Shown here: in pieces, positions 46,401 through 57,699 of the stretch
How the letters are laid out: each line of letters opens with the position of its first letter
How positions within the stretch are numbered: the first letter of the stretch is position 1
Assembly (NCBI RefSeq): GCF_055900595.2
Contig: NZ_CM148325.1
DNA: 64,000 nt
Strand: one strand, 5' to 3'
Made by a program: the position numbers and the translations under genes
The notes under the pieces: model-generated
What the model was told of the DNA's origin: nothing
Databases searched by the model: none
What the model saw: the letters and a program-made list of their open reading frames with translations, nothing else

Positions 46401-46721
46401 CAGCACTGCCCCGACCACGGCTTCAACAATATTGATGGTCGTCCAGGTCATGTTCAGCGAACTGGTGGAAAAAAGCAGGATGGATGCAGCGATATTTCCC
46501 AGCGAGCAGCTCAGTGCAATCCCTGGCCACATGCGTCCGGCATGGCGATAAAACGCCACCATCATGATGGACGTCGGGAACCACAATGGGGCGAGTTGGG
46601 TGCCAAACTGCGAAAGCTCAAGCGAGAAAAGGGTAAAGATAAACGAGACTAAACCTAAACTGACCAGGTGAAGCAGCGGGTGGGGCAGGGCAATTAATAC
46701 ATGCTGTGATTGTTTGCTCAT
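43404..46721 (-). CDS. dgcE: Diguanylate cyclase DgcE (MASE1-PAS-GGDEF-EAL)
   Basis: 1105-aa ORF; N-terminal membrane domain, PAS repeats, GGDEF region (RLGGDEFG) and degenerate EAL. Confidence 0.92.
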   Translation of the reverse strand: MSKQSQHVLIALPHPLLHLVSLGLVSFIFTLFSLELSQFGTQLAPLWFPTSIMMVAFYRHAGRMWPGIALSCSLGNIAASILLFSTSSLNMTWTTINIVEAVVGAVLLRKLLPWYNPLQNLADWLRLALGSAIVPPLLGGVLVVLLTPGDDPLRAFLIWVLSESIGALALVPLGLLFKPHYLLRHRNPRLLFESLLTLAITLTLSWLSMLYLPWPFTFIIVLLMWSAVRLPRMEAFLIFLTTVMMVSLMMAADPSLLATPRTYLMSHMPWLPFLLILLPANIMTMVMYAFRAERKHISESETRFRNAMEYSAIGMALVGTEGQWLQSNKALCQFLGYSQEELRGLTFQQLTWPEDLNKDLQQVEKLISGEINTYSMEKRYYNRNGDVVWALLAVSLVRHTDGTPLYFIAQIEDINELKRTEQVNQQLMERITLANEAGGIGIWEWELKPNIFSWDKRMFELYEIPPHIKPNWQVWYECVLPEDRQHAEKVIRDSLQSRSPFKLEFRINVKDGIRHIRALANRVLNKEGEVERLLGINMDMTEVKQLNEALFQEKERLHITLDSIGEAVVCIDMAMKITFMNPVAEKMSGWTQEEALGVPLLTVLHITFGDNGPLMENIYSADTSRSAIEQDVVLHCRSGGSYDVHYSITPLSTLDGSNIGSVLVIQDVTESRKMLRQLSYSASHDALTHLANRASFEKQLRILLQTVNSTHQRHALVFIDLDRFKAVNDSAGHAAGDALLRELASLMLSMLRSSDVLARLGGDEFGLLLPDCNVESARFIATRIISAVNDYHFIWEGRVHRVGASAGITLIDDNNHQAVEVMSQADIACYASKNGGRGRVTVYEPQQAAAHSERAAMSLDEQWRMIKENQLMMIAHGVASPRIPEARNLWLISLKLWGCEGEIFDEQTFRRSFGDPALNHALDRRVFHEFFQQTAKAIASKGLSIALPLSVAGLSSAALVNELLEQLENSPLQPRLLHLIIPAEAVIDHAESVQKLRLAGCRIVLSQVGRDLQIFNTLKANMADYLLLDGELCASVQGNLMDEMLITIIQGHAQRLGVKTIAGPVVLPLVMDTLSGIGVDLIYGDVIADAQPLDLLVNSSYFAIN

Positions 46722-47038
46722 TACCGCTTTATCCGCAAGACCTGGTCGCCAGTATTCGTTTCTGTGTTTATGCTAGTACAAAAGTTTTACATTTTATATG
46801 CGAATTGCTCATAAAGTGACGTAAAGGCGGATAATTTGCGCAACTGCGTATAACATTTTTTACCTTGTATAAAACTGATCAACGTAATTTGCCACCGGGA
46901 ATTCTTCGTCAACAATTAACTCTGAGCGCGCGGCAACGCTATTCGACTGGTATCAGGCGGATGAAATCCCTATAATTGCCGCGTTTGGCGCTTCGTCGCC
47001 CCCTTCCTAACATCCAGGTTAATCAGGTCGCTAAATAT

Positions 47039-47680
47039 ATGACTGATCAGTCTCATCAGTGCGTCATTATCGGTATCGCTGGCGCATCGGCTTCCGGCAA
47101 GAGTCTTATTGCCAGTACCCTTTATCGTGAATTACGTGAGCAAGTCGGTGATGAACACATCGGCGTAATTCCCGAAGACTGCTATTACAAAGATCAAAGC
47201 CATCTGTCGATGGAAGAACGCGTTAAGACCAACTACGACCATCCCAGCGCGATGGATCACAGCCTGCTGCTTGAGCATTTACAAGCATTGAAACGCGGCT
47301 CGGCAATTGACCTGCCGGTTTACAGCTATGTTGAACATACGCGTATGAAAGAAACGGTAAAGGTTGAGCCGAAGAAGGTCATCATTCTCGAAGGCATTTT
47401 GCTGCTGACGGATGCGCGTTTGCGTGATGAACTTAACTTCTCAATTTTCGTTGATACCCCGCTGGATATCTGCTTGATGCGCCGCATCAAGCGTGATGTT
47501 AACGAGCGTGGGCGTTCAATGGATTCCGTGATGGCGCAATATCAAAAAACCGTGCGCCCGATGTTTCTGCAATTCATTGAGCCTTCTAAACAATATGCGG
47601 ACATTATCGTGCCGCGCGGCGGGAAAAACCGCATCGCCATCGATATATTGAAAGCGAAAATAAGTCAGTTCTTTGAATAA
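47039..47680 (+). CDS. udk: Uridine/cytidine kinase
   Basis: 213 aa from [22 protein letters not shown] (P-loop). Confidence 0.93.
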   Translation: MTDQSHQCVIIGIAGASASGKSLIASTLYRELREQVGDEHIGVIPEDCYYKDQSHLSMEERVKTNYDHPSAMDHSLLLEHLQALKRGSAIDLPVYSYVEHTRMKETVKVEPKKVIILEGILLLTDARLRDELNFSIFVDTPLDICLMRRIKRDVNERGRSMDSVMAQYQKTVRPMFLQFIEPSKQYADIIVPRGGKNRIAIDILKAKISQFFE

Positions 47681-47771
47681 GCTTGATAAATTGTGTACCG
47701 TTCAGTGATAACCTGGTATGCCCTTGACGTAATTGGCGTTAAGGGAGTGATGCACGAAAGGAGAAAATGCC

Positions 47772-48353
47772 ATGCGTCTGTGTGACCGAGATATTGAAGC
47801 CTGGCTTGATGAAGGCCGTTTGTCGATCAACCCACGTCCGCCAGTGGAGCGTATTAATGGCGCGACGGTGGATGTGCGCCTGGGCAATAAATTTCGTACC
47901 TTCCGTGGTCACACGGCAGCGTTTATCGATCTGAGCGGTCCCAAAGATGAAGTGAGCGCCGCGCTTGACCGCGTGATGAGCGATGAGATCGTACTCGATG
48001 AAAGCGAGGCGTTTTATCTTCACCCAGGAGAGCTGGCGCTGGCGGTGACGCTGGAGTCGGTGACGCTGCCAGCCGATCTGGTGGGATGGCTGGACGGTCG
48101 TTCCTCACTGGCGCGTCTGGGGCTTATGGTGCACGTCACCGCGCACCGTATCGATCCGGGCTGGTCTGGCTGCATTGTGCTGGAGTTCTACAACTCCGGT
48201 AAGCTGCCGCTGGCGCTGCGTCCGGGCATGTTAATTGGTGCGCTGAGCTTTGAGCCGCTTTCCGGCCCGGCGGCGCGACCTTACAACCGCCGTGAAGATG
48301 CGAAATATCGCAACCAGCAGGGCGCGGTAGCCAGCCGAATCGATAAAGACTAA
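47772..48353 (+). CDS. dcd: dCTP deaminase
   Basis: 193-aa [22 protein letters not shown]... Confidence 0.95.
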   Translation: MRLCDRDIEAWLDEGRLSINPRPPVERINGATVDVRLGNKFRTFRGHTAAFIDLSGPKDEVSAALDRVMSDEIVLDESEAFYLHPGELALAVTLESVTLPADLVGWLDGRSSLARLGLMVHVTAHRIDPGWSGCIVLEFYNSGKLPLALRPGMLIGALSFEPLSGPAARPYNRREDAKYRNQQGAVASRIDKD

Positions 48354-48374
48354 TTCAGGCCCATTGAGGATACC

Positions 48375-50228
48375 ATGAGACGATTTCTGACGACGCTGAT
48401 GATACTCCTGGTCGTGCTGGTGGCCGGGTTATCTGCGTTAGTGTTGCTGGTGAATCCGAATGATTTCCGCGACTATATGGTCAAGCAAGTTGCTGCACGT
48501 AGCGGTTATCAATTGCAGCTCGACGGGCCACTGCGTTGGCACGTCTGGCCGCAACTTAGTATCCTCTCCGGGCGAATGTCTCTCACTGCCCAGGGCGCGA
48601 GCCAGCCACTGGTTCGCGCAGACAACATGCGTCTGGACGTGGCGCTTTTACCACTGCTGAGTCATCAACTGAGCGTTAAGCAGGTGATGCTAAAAGGGGC
48701 AGTGATCCAACTGACGCCGCAGACGGAAGCGGTACGCAGCGAAGATGCCCCGGTTGCACCGCGCGACAATACCTTGCCGGATCTGTCAGACGATCGCGGA
48801 TGGTCGTTTGATATATCCAGTCTTAAGGTGGCGGACAGCGTGCTGGTGTTCCAGCATGAAGATGACGAGCAGGTGACAATCCGTAATATCCGCCTGCAAA
48901 TGGAACAAGATCCCCAACATCGTGGTTCATTTGAGTTCTCCGGGCGGGTTAATCGCGATCAGCGCGATCTCACGATATCCCTTAACGGTACGGTAGATGC
49001 TTCTGATTATCCGCATGATTTAACGGCGGCTATTGAACAAATTAACTGGCAGTTGCAGGGTGCCGATTTACCAAAACAAGGTATTCAGGGGCAGGGGAGT
49101 TTCCAGGCCCAGTGGCAGGAGTCACATAAACGCCTTTCATTTAACCAAATTAGTTTGACCGCCAATGACAGTACGCTGAGCGGGCAAGCACAGGTCACGC
49201 TGACAGAGAAACCGGAATGGCAGCTGAGACTGCAATTCCCGCAACTGAATCTTGACAACCTCATCCCGCTTAAAGAAACAGCGAACGGTGAAAACGGTGC
49301 CGCGCAGCAGGGGCAGAGCCAATCCACGTTGCCGCGCCCGGTCATTTCTTCGCGTATTGATGAACCGGCCTATCAGGGATTGCAAGGCTTTACGGCTGAT
49401 ATTTTGTTGCAGGCCAGTAACGTGCGCTGGCGCGGAATGAATTTTACAGACGTTGCCACGCAAATGACCAACAAGTCGGGTTTGCTGGAAATTACTCAAC
49501 TGCAGGGCAAGCTTAACGGTGGACAGGTTTCACTGCCGGGCACGCTGGATGCAACATCAACAAATCCGCGGATAAACTTCCAGCCACGGCTGGAAAACGT
49601 TGAGATTGGCACCATTCTGAAGGCGTTTAACTATCCGATTTCGTTGACCGGAAAGATGTCACTGGCTGGTGATTTCTCCGGTGCTGACATAGATGCCGAC
49701 GCATTCCGCCACAACTGGCAAGGACAGGCGCATGTCGAAATGACGGACACACGTATGGAAGGGATGAACTTCCAGCAGATGATTCAGCAAGCGGTAGAGC
49801 GTAATGGTGGTGATGTGAAGGCCGCTGAAAACTTCGATAACGTGACGCGTCTTGACCGCTTTACCACCGATTTGACGTTGAAGGATGGCGTTGTGACGTT
49901 AAACGACATGCAAGGTCAATCGCCTGTGCTGGCGCTGACAGGGGAAGGCATGTTGAATTTGGCAGATCAAACCTGCGACACCCAGTTTGATATTCGGGTC
50001 GTGGGTGGCTGGAACGGGGAAAGCAAACTGATTGATTTCCTCAAAGAAACGCCAGTACCGCTGCGGGTTTATGGCAACTGGCAGCAACTTAATTACAGTC
50101 TGCAAGTGGACCAGCTGCTACGCAAACATCTACAGGACGAAGCCAAACGTCGCCTGAATGACTGGGCCGAGCGGAATAAAGATTCCCGCAATGGCAAAGA
50201 TGTGAAGAAGTTGCTGGAGAAGATGTAA
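48375..50228 (+). CDS. asmA: AsmA outer-membrane assembly protein
   Basis: 617-aa ORF with N-terminal TM anchor. Confidence 0.92.
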   Translation: MRRFLTTLMILLVVLVAGLSALVLLVNPNDFRDYMVKQVAARSGYQLQLDGPLRWHVWPQLSILSGRMSLTAQGASQPLVRADNMRLDVALLPLLSHQLSVKQVMLKGAVIQLTPQTEAVRSEDAPVAPRDNTLPDLSDDRGWSFDISSLKVADSVLVFQHEDDEQVTIRNIRLQMEQDPQHRGSFEFSGRVNRDQRDLTISLNGTVDASDYPHDLTAAIEQINWQLQGADLPKQGIQGQGSFQAQWQESHKRLSFNQISLTANDSTLSGQAQVTLTEKPEWQLRLQFPQLNLDNLIPLKETANGENGAAQQGQSQSTLPRPVISSRIDEPAYQGLQGFTADILLQASNVRWRGMNFTDVATQMTNKSGLLEITQLQGKLNGGQVSLPGTLDATSTNPRINFQPRLENVEIGTILKAFNYPISLTGKMSLAGDFSGADIDADAFRHNWQGQAHVEMTDTRMEGMNFQQMIQQAVERNGGDVKAAENFDNVTRLDRFTTDLTLKDGVVTLNDMQGQSPVLALTGEGMLNLADQTCDTQFDIRVVGGWNGESKLIDFLKETPVPLRVYGNWQQLNYSLQVDQLLRKHLQDEAKRRLNDWAERNKDSRNGKDVKKLLEKM

Positions 50229-50244
50229 GTCATCCAGATGATAT

Positions 50245-50680
50245 ATGCTGTAGGCCTGATAAGACGCGTAAGCGTCGCATCAGGCAATCACGTAGATTAC
50301 TTTCAGCAAAGATGAATCATCTGTATAAGTAAGATACTTCAGCGAGGGTGTTGGTCCGGCTGTAAATCGCCGAATCGTTTCCTGTAGGCCGGGGCAGCCC
50401 ACATGGATGTGGGCTGAGGGCGCGTTTTACAGGGATGTTACCTCGCGCCCGTACCCGATAGCCGAAAGGAATAAGATGAGGGGACCGCGCTAGCGGCGAT
50501 TTACCGCCGGGAGCCCGGGTTGCCAGGGTGGTGGCGATTGAGCCACCCTGGCACGTTCACCGGCTTGAGCGTTCCAAAGTAGCGAGGAACATAAAGTGAA
50601 CGGAACAGCCTCTAATGTCACATACTCTCCCGGTTGAATGAAACGCCTGATGCGACGCTTACGCGTCTTATCAGGCCTAC
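50245..50680. repeat. Two REP units in perfect inverted orientation flanking about 350 bp of hairpin-rich non-coding sequence
   Basis: aggcctgataagacgcgtaagcgtcgcatcaggc at 50246-50279 and its exact reverse complement at 50641-50676. Confidence 0.8.
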
Positions 50681-50686
50681 ATACCA

Positions 50687-52270
50687 TCACACCTCGTACT
50701 CCATCTCGCCATCCTTATGCAGCGGAATAATCTGCACCTTCTGCACGCGATGGCTTTCCACCTGCAACGTTTTAAGCAAATAATCCCCCACCTGAACTTC
50801 TTCGCCAGGTTTTGGAATACGCTGTAAATATTCCATCAACAGCCCGGCAATGGTGTGATATTCACGTTTTTCATCCAGCGGCAGCGGCACATATTGCACC
50901 AGATCTTCCAGCGGCATATGACCATTCGCCGTCCAGGAACCGTCGGCATTCTTCTGAATATCATGGCGGGCGTCGATCTCTTCCACTTCGTTCGGTAAGT
51001 TACCGGCAATGGTTTCAGTGACGTCACTTAATGTCACAATCCCTTCCACCGAGCCAAACTCATCCACCACAAAAGCAAAGTGTGTGCGGGCATTACGGAA
51101 CTGCTCCAGGGCAGGTAACAACGGTAAAGTTTCCGGGAACACCAGCGGTTGGCGAATCAACACCCGCAGGTTGAGCGGTTCGCCGCGCAGTGACTGTTGT
51201 AACAGGTCGATAACGTGAACGACACCGAGCAAATCTTCTGCATCATCGCCGTCGGTAACGACCAGACGCGTGTGCTGATTTCGCTCCAGCAGCTGGCGGA
51301 TCTCCTCTTCTGGCGCGTTGAGATCGATATGCTCAATATCGTGGCGCGACGTCATGATGCTGCTGACAGTACGCTGGTTAAGATTAAGTACCCGCTCAAT
51401 CATCCGCCGTTCCTGCGGATTAAAGATCTGCTGGTTACCATGATCCACCAGCATGGACGCGGTTTCGGCATCCAGTTCCGCATCTTCTTTTTGCCCGCTA
51501 AGCAGGCGCATTACCGCTTCGGTAGTCCGCTGGCGCAGTGTCTGGTTAGCGGAAAGAAAACGTCGCCGGTTAAAGATAGCCAACTGATTGAGCGCCTCGA
51601 TCATCACCGAGAAACCAATGGCAGCATACAGATAGCCTTTCGGAATGACGAAGCCGAAACCTTCCGCCACCAGGCTAAAGCCAATCATCAACAGGAAACT
51701 TAGGCAGAGTATGACGATGGTCGGGTGACTGTTAACAAATTGCGTTAACGGCTTGCTTGCCATCAGCATCAGGCTGATCGCGATAACAACGGCGGCCATC
51801 ATGACCAGTAAATGGTCGACCATCCCGACGGCAGTAATCACCGAGTCAAGTGAGAAGATGGCGTCCAGTACCACAATTTGCGTCACCACGCCCCAGAACT
51901 TCGCACCTTTGCGTTGCGTGGGGTTATTGCTGTCTTTCCCCTCCAGCCGTTCGTTCAACTCCATCGTGGCTTTGAACAGCAGGAAGAAACCACCAAACAG
52001 CATGATTAAGTCGCGGGCGCTAAAGGTAAACGAGCGGAAGCTGAACAGTGGTTGAGTCAGGGTGACCAGCCAGGAGATTGACGCCAGCAGTAACAGGCGC
52101 ATTAACATTGCCAGCAGCAGCCCGGTAACCCGTGCGCGGTCGCGCTGCTTCGGCGGTAGTTTTTCGGCGAGGATGGCAATAAAGACCAGGTTATCAATGC
52201 CGAGGACCAGTTCGATCACAATCAGCGTGATTAACCCGGCCCAGATAGACGGATCGGCAATCCATTCCAT
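50687..52270 (-). CDS. yegH: TerC/CBS/CorC-domain membrane protein
   Basis: Start at internal ATG ([13 protein letters not shown]...), 527 aa. Confidence 0.88.
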   Translation of the reverse strand: MEWIADPSIWAGLITLIVIELVLGIDNLVFIAILAEKLPPKQRDRARVTGLLLAMLMRLLLLASISWLVTLTQPLFSFRSFTFSARDLIMLFGGFFLLFKATMELNERLEGKDSNNPTQRKGAKFWGVVTQIVVLDAIFSLDSVITAVGMVDHLLVMMAAVVIAISLMLMASKPLTQFVNSHPTIVILCLSFLLMIGFSLVAEGFGFVIPKGYLYAAIGFSVMIEALNQLAIFNRRRFLSANQTLRQRTTEAVMRLLSGQKEDAELDAETASMLVDHGNQQIFNPQERRMIERVLNLNQRTVSSIMTSRHDIEHIDLNAPEEEIRQLLERNQHTRLVVTDGDDAEDLLGVVHVIDLLQQSLRGEPLNLRVLIRQPLVFPETLPLLPALEQFRNARTHFAFVVDEFGSVEGIVTLSDVTETIAGNLPNEVEEIDARHDIQKNADGSWTANGHMPLEDLVQYVPLPLDEKREYHTIAGLLMEYLQRIPKPGEEVQVGDYLLKTLQVESHRVQKVQIIPLHKDGEMEYEV

Positions 52271-52738
52271 AGTAAGTACAAAACCTATTCGTTGTATGAC
52301 AAATGTCACAATTCGATCATGGATAAATCGGGGCAAAAATGCAATGTTGCAGCACTATTTATCTCATATTATTTGAGGTTTATAACCTCACATTATCCCT
52401 GAATTAAAAGTGGTAATAATAAAACATTATTTAAGAAATATCGCATGTGGAGACACTATATTAAATATTGTCAACCTAAAGAAACTCCTAAAAACCATAT
52501 TGAATGACACTTAATATAATTCTTAAAAATAGCCAATTGCCGAATTGTTACCTTGCCTGCTATTCCGTTAGCTGTAACACTTCCTCCTGCATTATGGGAA
52601 GCCAATATTCAATTACCATAATGCCACCTTATATCTGGAAAATTAATTCACGGAATAACGCTTTTTCATAATCAACTGCATGATGAAAGAGTTAGAAAAT
52701 CTAAACTAAATCAGTGTATTGGTAGCTAAAAAGCCAGG

Positions 52739-52750
52739 GGCGGTAGCGTG
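52739..52750 (+). promoter_or_regulatory. ops element (GGCGGTAGCGTG) in JUMPStart, RfaH recruitment site in the wza leader
   Basis: Exact ops consensus GGCGGTAGnnTG about 180 nt upstream of wza. Confidence 0.85.
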
Positions 52751-52928
52751 TCTGGACGCCTGAGAGACCAGTCTGAATTATTCTGTCAATAGCCTGCGGA
52801 TGAAATCAATTTTTTTAGGACTGATGCCAGTTAAATTTTTATTCAATTAACTGCAAGGTAAATGTGCATGGCGACATTGCTATTAATAGTGCACAGGATA
52901 ATTACTCTGCCAAAGTGATAAATAAACA

Positions 52929-54068
52929 ATGATGAAATCCAAAATGAAATTGATGCCATTATTGGTGTCAGTAACCTTGATAAGCGGTTGCACAGTACTT
53001 CCGGGCAGCAATATGTCGACGATGGGTAAAGACGTCATCAAACAGCAGGATGCTGATTTCGATCTCGACAAAATGGTGAATGTTTATCCGCTGACCCCGC
53101 GCCTGATTGATCAATTACGCCCACGACCCAACGTCGCGCGCCCCAATATGACGCTGGAAAGCGAGATTGCCAATTATCAATATCGTGTCGGGCCGGGCGA
53201 CGTTCTTAATGTCACCGTCTGGGATCACCCGGAACTCACCACTCCAGCTGGTCAGTACCGCAGCTCCAGCGACACCGGCAACTGGGTACAGCCTGACGGC
53301 ACTATGTTCTACCCGTATATCGGCAAGGTTCACGTGGTGGGGAAAACGCTCGCTGAAATCCGCAGTGATATTACCGGGCGCTTAGCGACGTACATCGCTG
53401 ACCCGCAGGTGGACGTTAATATCGCCGCCTTCCGCTCGCAAAAAGCCTATATCTCCGGTCAGGTGAATAAATCCGGTCAACAGGCGATCACCAACGTACC
53501 ATTGACCATTCTCGACGCCATTAACGCCGCAGGTGGCCTGACCGATACCGCTGACTGGCGCAACGTGGTGCTAACACACAATGGTCGTGAAGAACGCATT
53601 TCTTTGCAGGCGCTGATGCAAAACGGCGACCTCAATCAGAACCGACTGCTTTACCCCGGCGATATTCTCTACGTGCCGCGTAATGATGATCTGAAAGTAT
53701 TTGTGATGGGTGAAGTGAAGAAACAGAGCACCCTGAAAATGGACTTTAGCGGCATGACCCTGACTGAAGCCCTGGGCAATGCTGAAGGCATCGACATGAC
53801 CACCTCCAACGCCAGCGGCATCTTTGTCATTCGTCCGCTGAAAGGCGAGGGCGGGCGTAACGGCAAGATTGCCAATATCTATCAGCTGGATATGTCCGAT
53901 GCCACGTCGCTGGTGATGGCGACAGAATTCCGCCTGCAGCCTTATGACGTGGTGTATGTCACCACCGCTCCGGTTTCCCGCTGGAACCGTCTGATCAATC
54001 AGTTGCTGCCAACTATTAGCGGTGTCCGTTACATGACGGATACAGCCAGCGACATTCATAACTGGTAA
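52929..54068 (+). CDS. wza: Outer-membrane polysaccharide export lipoprotein
   Basis: 379-aa ORF with lipobox LISGC. Confidence 0.95.
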   Translation: MMKSKMKLMPLLVSVTLISGCTVLPGSNMSTMGKDVIKQQDADFDLDKMVNVYPLTPRLIDQLRPRPNVARPNMTLESEIANYQYRVGPGDVLNVTVWDHPELTTPAGQYRSSSDTGNWVQPDGTMFYPYIGKVHVVGKTLAEIRSDITGRLATYIADPQVDVNIAAFRSQKAYISGQVNKSGQQAITNVPLTILDAINAAGGLTDTADWRNVVLTHNGREERISLQALMQNGDLNQNRLLYPGDILYVPRNDDLKVFVMGEVKKQSTLKMDFSGMTLTEALGNAEGIDMTTSNASGIFVIRPLKGEGGRNGKIANIYQLDMSDATSLVMATEFRLQPYDVVYVTTAPVSRWNRLINQLLPTISGVRYMTDTASDIHNW

Positions 54069-54073
54069 TCGTC

Positions 54074-54517
54074 ATGTTTAACAACATCTTAGTTGTCTGT
54101 GTCGGCAATATTTGCCGTTCCCCGACGGCGGAACGCTTACTGCAACGTTATCACCCTGAGCTGAAAGTAGAATCCGCTGGACTCGGCGCGCTGGTCGGTA
54201 AGGGCGCTGATCCTACCGCTATCAGCGTCGCCGCAGAACATCAACTGTCTCTGGAAGGTCACTGTGCACGGCAAATCAGCCGCCGCCTGTGTCGCAACTA
54301 CGACCTGATATTGACTATGGAAAAGCGCCATATCGAACGCTTATGCGAGATGGCACCTGAGATGCGCGGCAAAGTGATGCTGTTTGGTCACTGGGATAAC
54401 GAATGTGAAATCCCCGATCCGTATCGCAAAAGCCGGGAAACGTTTGCAGCGGTGTACACATTACTTGAACGGTCTGCCCGCCAGTGGGCGCAGGCATTGA
54501 ACGCAGAGCAGGTATAA
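54074..54517 (+). CDS. wzb: Low-molecular-weight protein-tyrosine phosphatase
   Basis: 147-aa ORF with CVGNICRSP P-loop. Confidence 0.95.
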   Translation: MFNNILVVCVGNICRSPTAERLLQRYHPELKVESAGLGALVGKGADPTAISVAAEHQLSLEGHCARQISRRLCRNYDLILTMEKRHIERLCEMAPEMRGKVMLFGHWDNECEIPDPYRKSRETFAAVYTLLERSARQWAQALNAEQV

Positions 54518-54519
54518 CA

Positions 54520-56682
54520 ATGACAGAAAAAGTAAAACAACATGCCGCTCCGGTAACGGGCAGTGATGAAATCGATATTGGTCGCCTGGTCGGCACCGTC
54601 ATTGAAGCGCGCTGGTGGGTAATTGGCATCACCGCCGTATTCGCCCTCTGTGCCGTGGTTTACACCTTCTTCGCCACGCCGATATACAGCGCCGACGCAC
54701 TGGTACAAATCGAGCAAAACAGCGGCAATTCGTTAGTGAAGGATATCGGCTCGGCATTAGCCAACAAACCGCCAGCATCGGATGCTGAGATCCAGTTGAT
54801 TCGTTCGCGCCTGGTGCTTGGTAAAACGGTGGACGATCTCGACCTCGATATTGCGGTGAGCAAAAACACGTTCCCGATTTTCGGTGCGGGCTGGGATCGC
54901 CTGATGGGACGTCAGAACGAGACCGTAAAAGTGACCACCTTTAACCGTCCAAAAGAGATGGTGGATCAGGTGTTTACGCTTAATGTGCTGGACAACAAAA
55001 ACTACACTTTGAGCAGCGACGGCGGCTTTAGCGCTCGTGGGCAAGCGGGTCAGATGCTGAAAAAAGAAGGCGTCACGCTGATGGTTGAAGCCATTCACGC
55101 CAGCCCGGGCAGTGAGTTTACCGTCACTAAATACTCCACGCTGGGGATGATCAATCAACTGCAAAACAGCCTGACGGTAACAGAGAATGGCAAAGACGCT
55201 GGCGTACTGAGCCTGACATATACCGGTGAAGATCGCGAACAGATCCGCGATATTCTTAACAGTATCGCCCGTAACTATCAGGAACAAAATATTGAGCGCA
55301 AATCGGCGGAAGCGTCGAAAAGCCTCGCCTTCCTCGCGCAACAGTTACCAGAAGTACGCAGCCGCCTTGATGTTGCTGAAAACAAACTGAATGCCTTCCG
55401 TCAGGATAAAGATTCTGTTGATCTGCCGCTGGAAGCGAAAGCGGTGCTTGATTCAATGGTGAACATCGACGCGCAGTTGAACGAACTGACCTTTAAAGAG
55501 GCGGAAATCTCCAAGCTGTACACCAAAGTTCACCCGGCGTACCGCACGCTGCTGGAGAAACGTCAGGCGCTGGAAGAAGAGAAGGCCAAACTTAACGGTC
55601 GCGTAACGGCGATGCCGAAAACCCAGCAGGAGATTGTGCGTCTGACGCGCGATGTCGAGTCTGGGCAGCAGGTCTATATGCAACTGTTGAATAAAGAGCA
55701 GGAGCTGAAAATTACCGAGGCCAGCACCGTCGGCGATGTGCGTATTGTTGACCCGGCAATCACCCAGCCTGGCGTGCTGAAACCGAAGAAAGGGCTGATT
55801 ATTCTCGGCGCAATCATCCTCGGCCTGATGCTTTCTATCGTGGGTGTGCTGCTGCGCTCGTTGTTCAATCGCGGCATTGAAAGCCCGCAGGTGCTGGAAG
55901 AACACGGTATCAGCGTCTATGCCAGCATCCCGTTGTCGGAATGGCAGAAAGCGCGCGATAGCGTCAAAACCATCAAAGGGGTTAAACGCTATAAACAGAG
56001 CCAGCTACTGGCGGTGGGGAATCCAACCGATCTGGCGATTGAAGCCATCCGTAGTCTGCGTACCAGTTTGCACTTCGCGATGATGCAGGCACAGAACAAT
56101 GTGTTGATGATGACCGGGGTTAGCCCGTCAATCGGTAAAACCTTTGTCTGCGCCAACCTGGCGGCGGTCATTAGCCAGACCAATAAACGGGTGTTGTTGA
56201 TCGACTGTGATATGCGCAAAGGCTACACCCACGAGCTGTTGGGCACCAATAACGTCAATGGCCTGTCGGAAATTCTGATTGGTCAGGGCGATATTACTAC
56301 CGCTGCTAAACCCACTTCGATTGCCAAATTTGACCTGATCCCGCGCGGCCAGGTGCCGCCAAATCCTTCTGAACTGTTGATGAGCGAACGCTTTACCGAA
56401 CTGGTGAACTGGGCGAGTAAAAACTACGACCTGGTGTTGATTGATACGCCGCCGATTCTGGCTGTGACCGATGCCGCAATTGTCGGGCGTCACGTCGGAA
56501 CCACGTTAATGGTGGCGCGTTATGCGGTCAACACCTTGAAAGAAGTGGAAACCAGTCTGAGCCGCTTTGAGCAAAACGGTATTCCGGTGAAAGGGGTGAT
56601 TCTGAACTCTATCTTCCGCCGCGCCAGCGCGTATCAGGATTATGGCTATTACGAATACGAATATAAGTCGGACGCGAAATAA
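54520..56682 (+). CDS. wzc: Tyrosine autokinase / polysaccharide co-polymerase
   Basis: 720 aa from MTEKVKQ; Walker A GVSPSIGKT; Tyr-rich C-terminus YQDYGYYEYEYKSD. Confidence 0.95.
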   Translation: MTEKVKQHAAPVTGSDEIDIGRLVGTVIEARWWVIGITAVFALCAVVYTFFATPIYSADALVQIEQNSGNSLVKDIGSALANKPPASDAEIQLIRSRLVLGKTVDDLDLDIAVSKNTFPIFGAGWDRLMGRQNETVKVTTFNRPKEMVDQVFTLNVLDNKNYTLSSDGGFSARGQAGQMLKKEGVTLMVEAIHASPGSEFTVTKYSTLGMINQLQNSLTVTENGKDAGVLSLTYTGEDREQIRDILNSIARNYQEQNIERKSAEASKSLAFLAQQLPEVRSRLDVAENKLNAFRQDKDSVDLPLEAKAVLDSMVNIDAQLNELTFKEAEISKLYTKVHPAYRTLLEKRQALEEEKAKLNGRVTAMPKTQQEIVRLTRDVESGQQVYMQLLNKEQELKITEASTVGDVRIVDPAITQPGVLKPKKGLIILGAIILGLMLSIVGVLLRSLFNRGIESPQVLEEHGISVYASIPLSEWQKARDSVKTIKGVKRYKQSQLLAVGNPTDLAIEAIRSLRTSLHFAMMQAQNNVLMMTGVSPSIGKTFVCANLAAVISQTNKRVLLIDCDMRKGYTHELLGTNNVNGLSEILIGQGDITTAAKPTSIAKFDLIPRGQVPPNPSELLMSERFTELVNWASKNYDLVLIDTPPILAVTDAAIVGRHVGTTLMVARYAVNTLKEVETSLSRFEQNGIPVKGVILNSIFRRASAYQDYGYYEYEYKSDAK

Positions 56683-56694
56683 CGAGATCCGCTG

Positions 56695-56815
<121 letters not shown>

Positions 56816-56859
56816 CTTATAAACCGGCAGAACATCTCGATACTCCGGGAGAACAACCT

Positions 56860-57699
56860 ATGAAAGACAATCCGCTGATCTCAATCTATATGCCGACCTG
56901 GAACCGCCAACAACTGGCGATTCGGGCGATAAAATCGGTCCTGCGCCAGGACTACAGCAACTGGGAGATGATCATCGTGGATGATTGCTCCACCTCCTGG
57001 GAACAACTGCAACAGTACGTCACCGCCCTCAACGATCCGCGTATTACGTACATTCACAACGACATTAACAGCGGGGCGTGCGCGGTACGTAACCAGGCGA
57101 TTATGCTGGCACAAGGGGAATACATCACCGGGATCGATGACGACGATGAATGGACACCCAACCGCCTGAGCGTCTTCCTCGCCCATAAACAGCAACTGGT
57201 CACACATGCGTTCTTGTACGCCAACGACTACGTTTGCCAGGGCGAAGTTTATTCCCAACCGGCAAGCTTGCCGCTGTATCCCAAATCGCCGTATTCACGC
57301 CGCCTGTTCTACAAACGCAATATCATTGGTAATCAGGTCTTTACCTGGGCTTGGCGTTTCAAAGAGTGCTTGTTCGATACCGAACTGAAAGCGGCACAGG
57401 ATTACGACATCTTCCTGCGAATGGTGGTGGAGTACGGCGAACCGTGGAAAGTGGAAGAGGCGACGCAGATCCTGCATATCAATCACGGCGAAATGCAGAT
57501 CACCTCGTCACCGAAAAAATTCTCCGGGTACTTCCACTTTTATCGTAAGCACAAAGACAAATTCGACCGCGCCAGCAAGAAATATCAGTTGTTTACCCTC
57601 TACCAGATCCGCAATAAACGCATGACCTGGCGCACCTTGTTGACGCTGCTGTCGGTGCGTAACGGCAAACGTCTGGCTGATGGAATTCGGGGGCGCTAA
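56860..57699 (+). CDS. wcaA: Colanic acid glycosyltransferase (GT2)
   Basis: 279-aa ORF; position in cluster. Confidence 0.9.
   Translation: MKDNPLISIYMPTWNRQQLAIRAIKSVLRQDYSNWEMIIVDDCSTSWEQLQQYVTALNDPRITYIHNDINSGACAVRNQAIMLAQGEYITGIDDDDEWTPNRLSVFLAHKQQLVTHAFLYANDYVCQGEVYSQPASLPLYPKSPYSRRLFYKRNIIGNQVFTWAWRFKECLFDTELKAAQDYDIFLRMVVEYGEPWKVEEATQILHINHGEMQITSSPKKFSGYFHFYRKHKDKFDRASKKYQLFTLYQIRNKRMTWRTLLTLLSVRNGKRLADGIRGR

Noticed and set aside
54757-55905. Several 150-194-aa minus-strand ORFs inside wzc
   Set aside because: Antisense frames in a GC-rich conserved gene; no start context.
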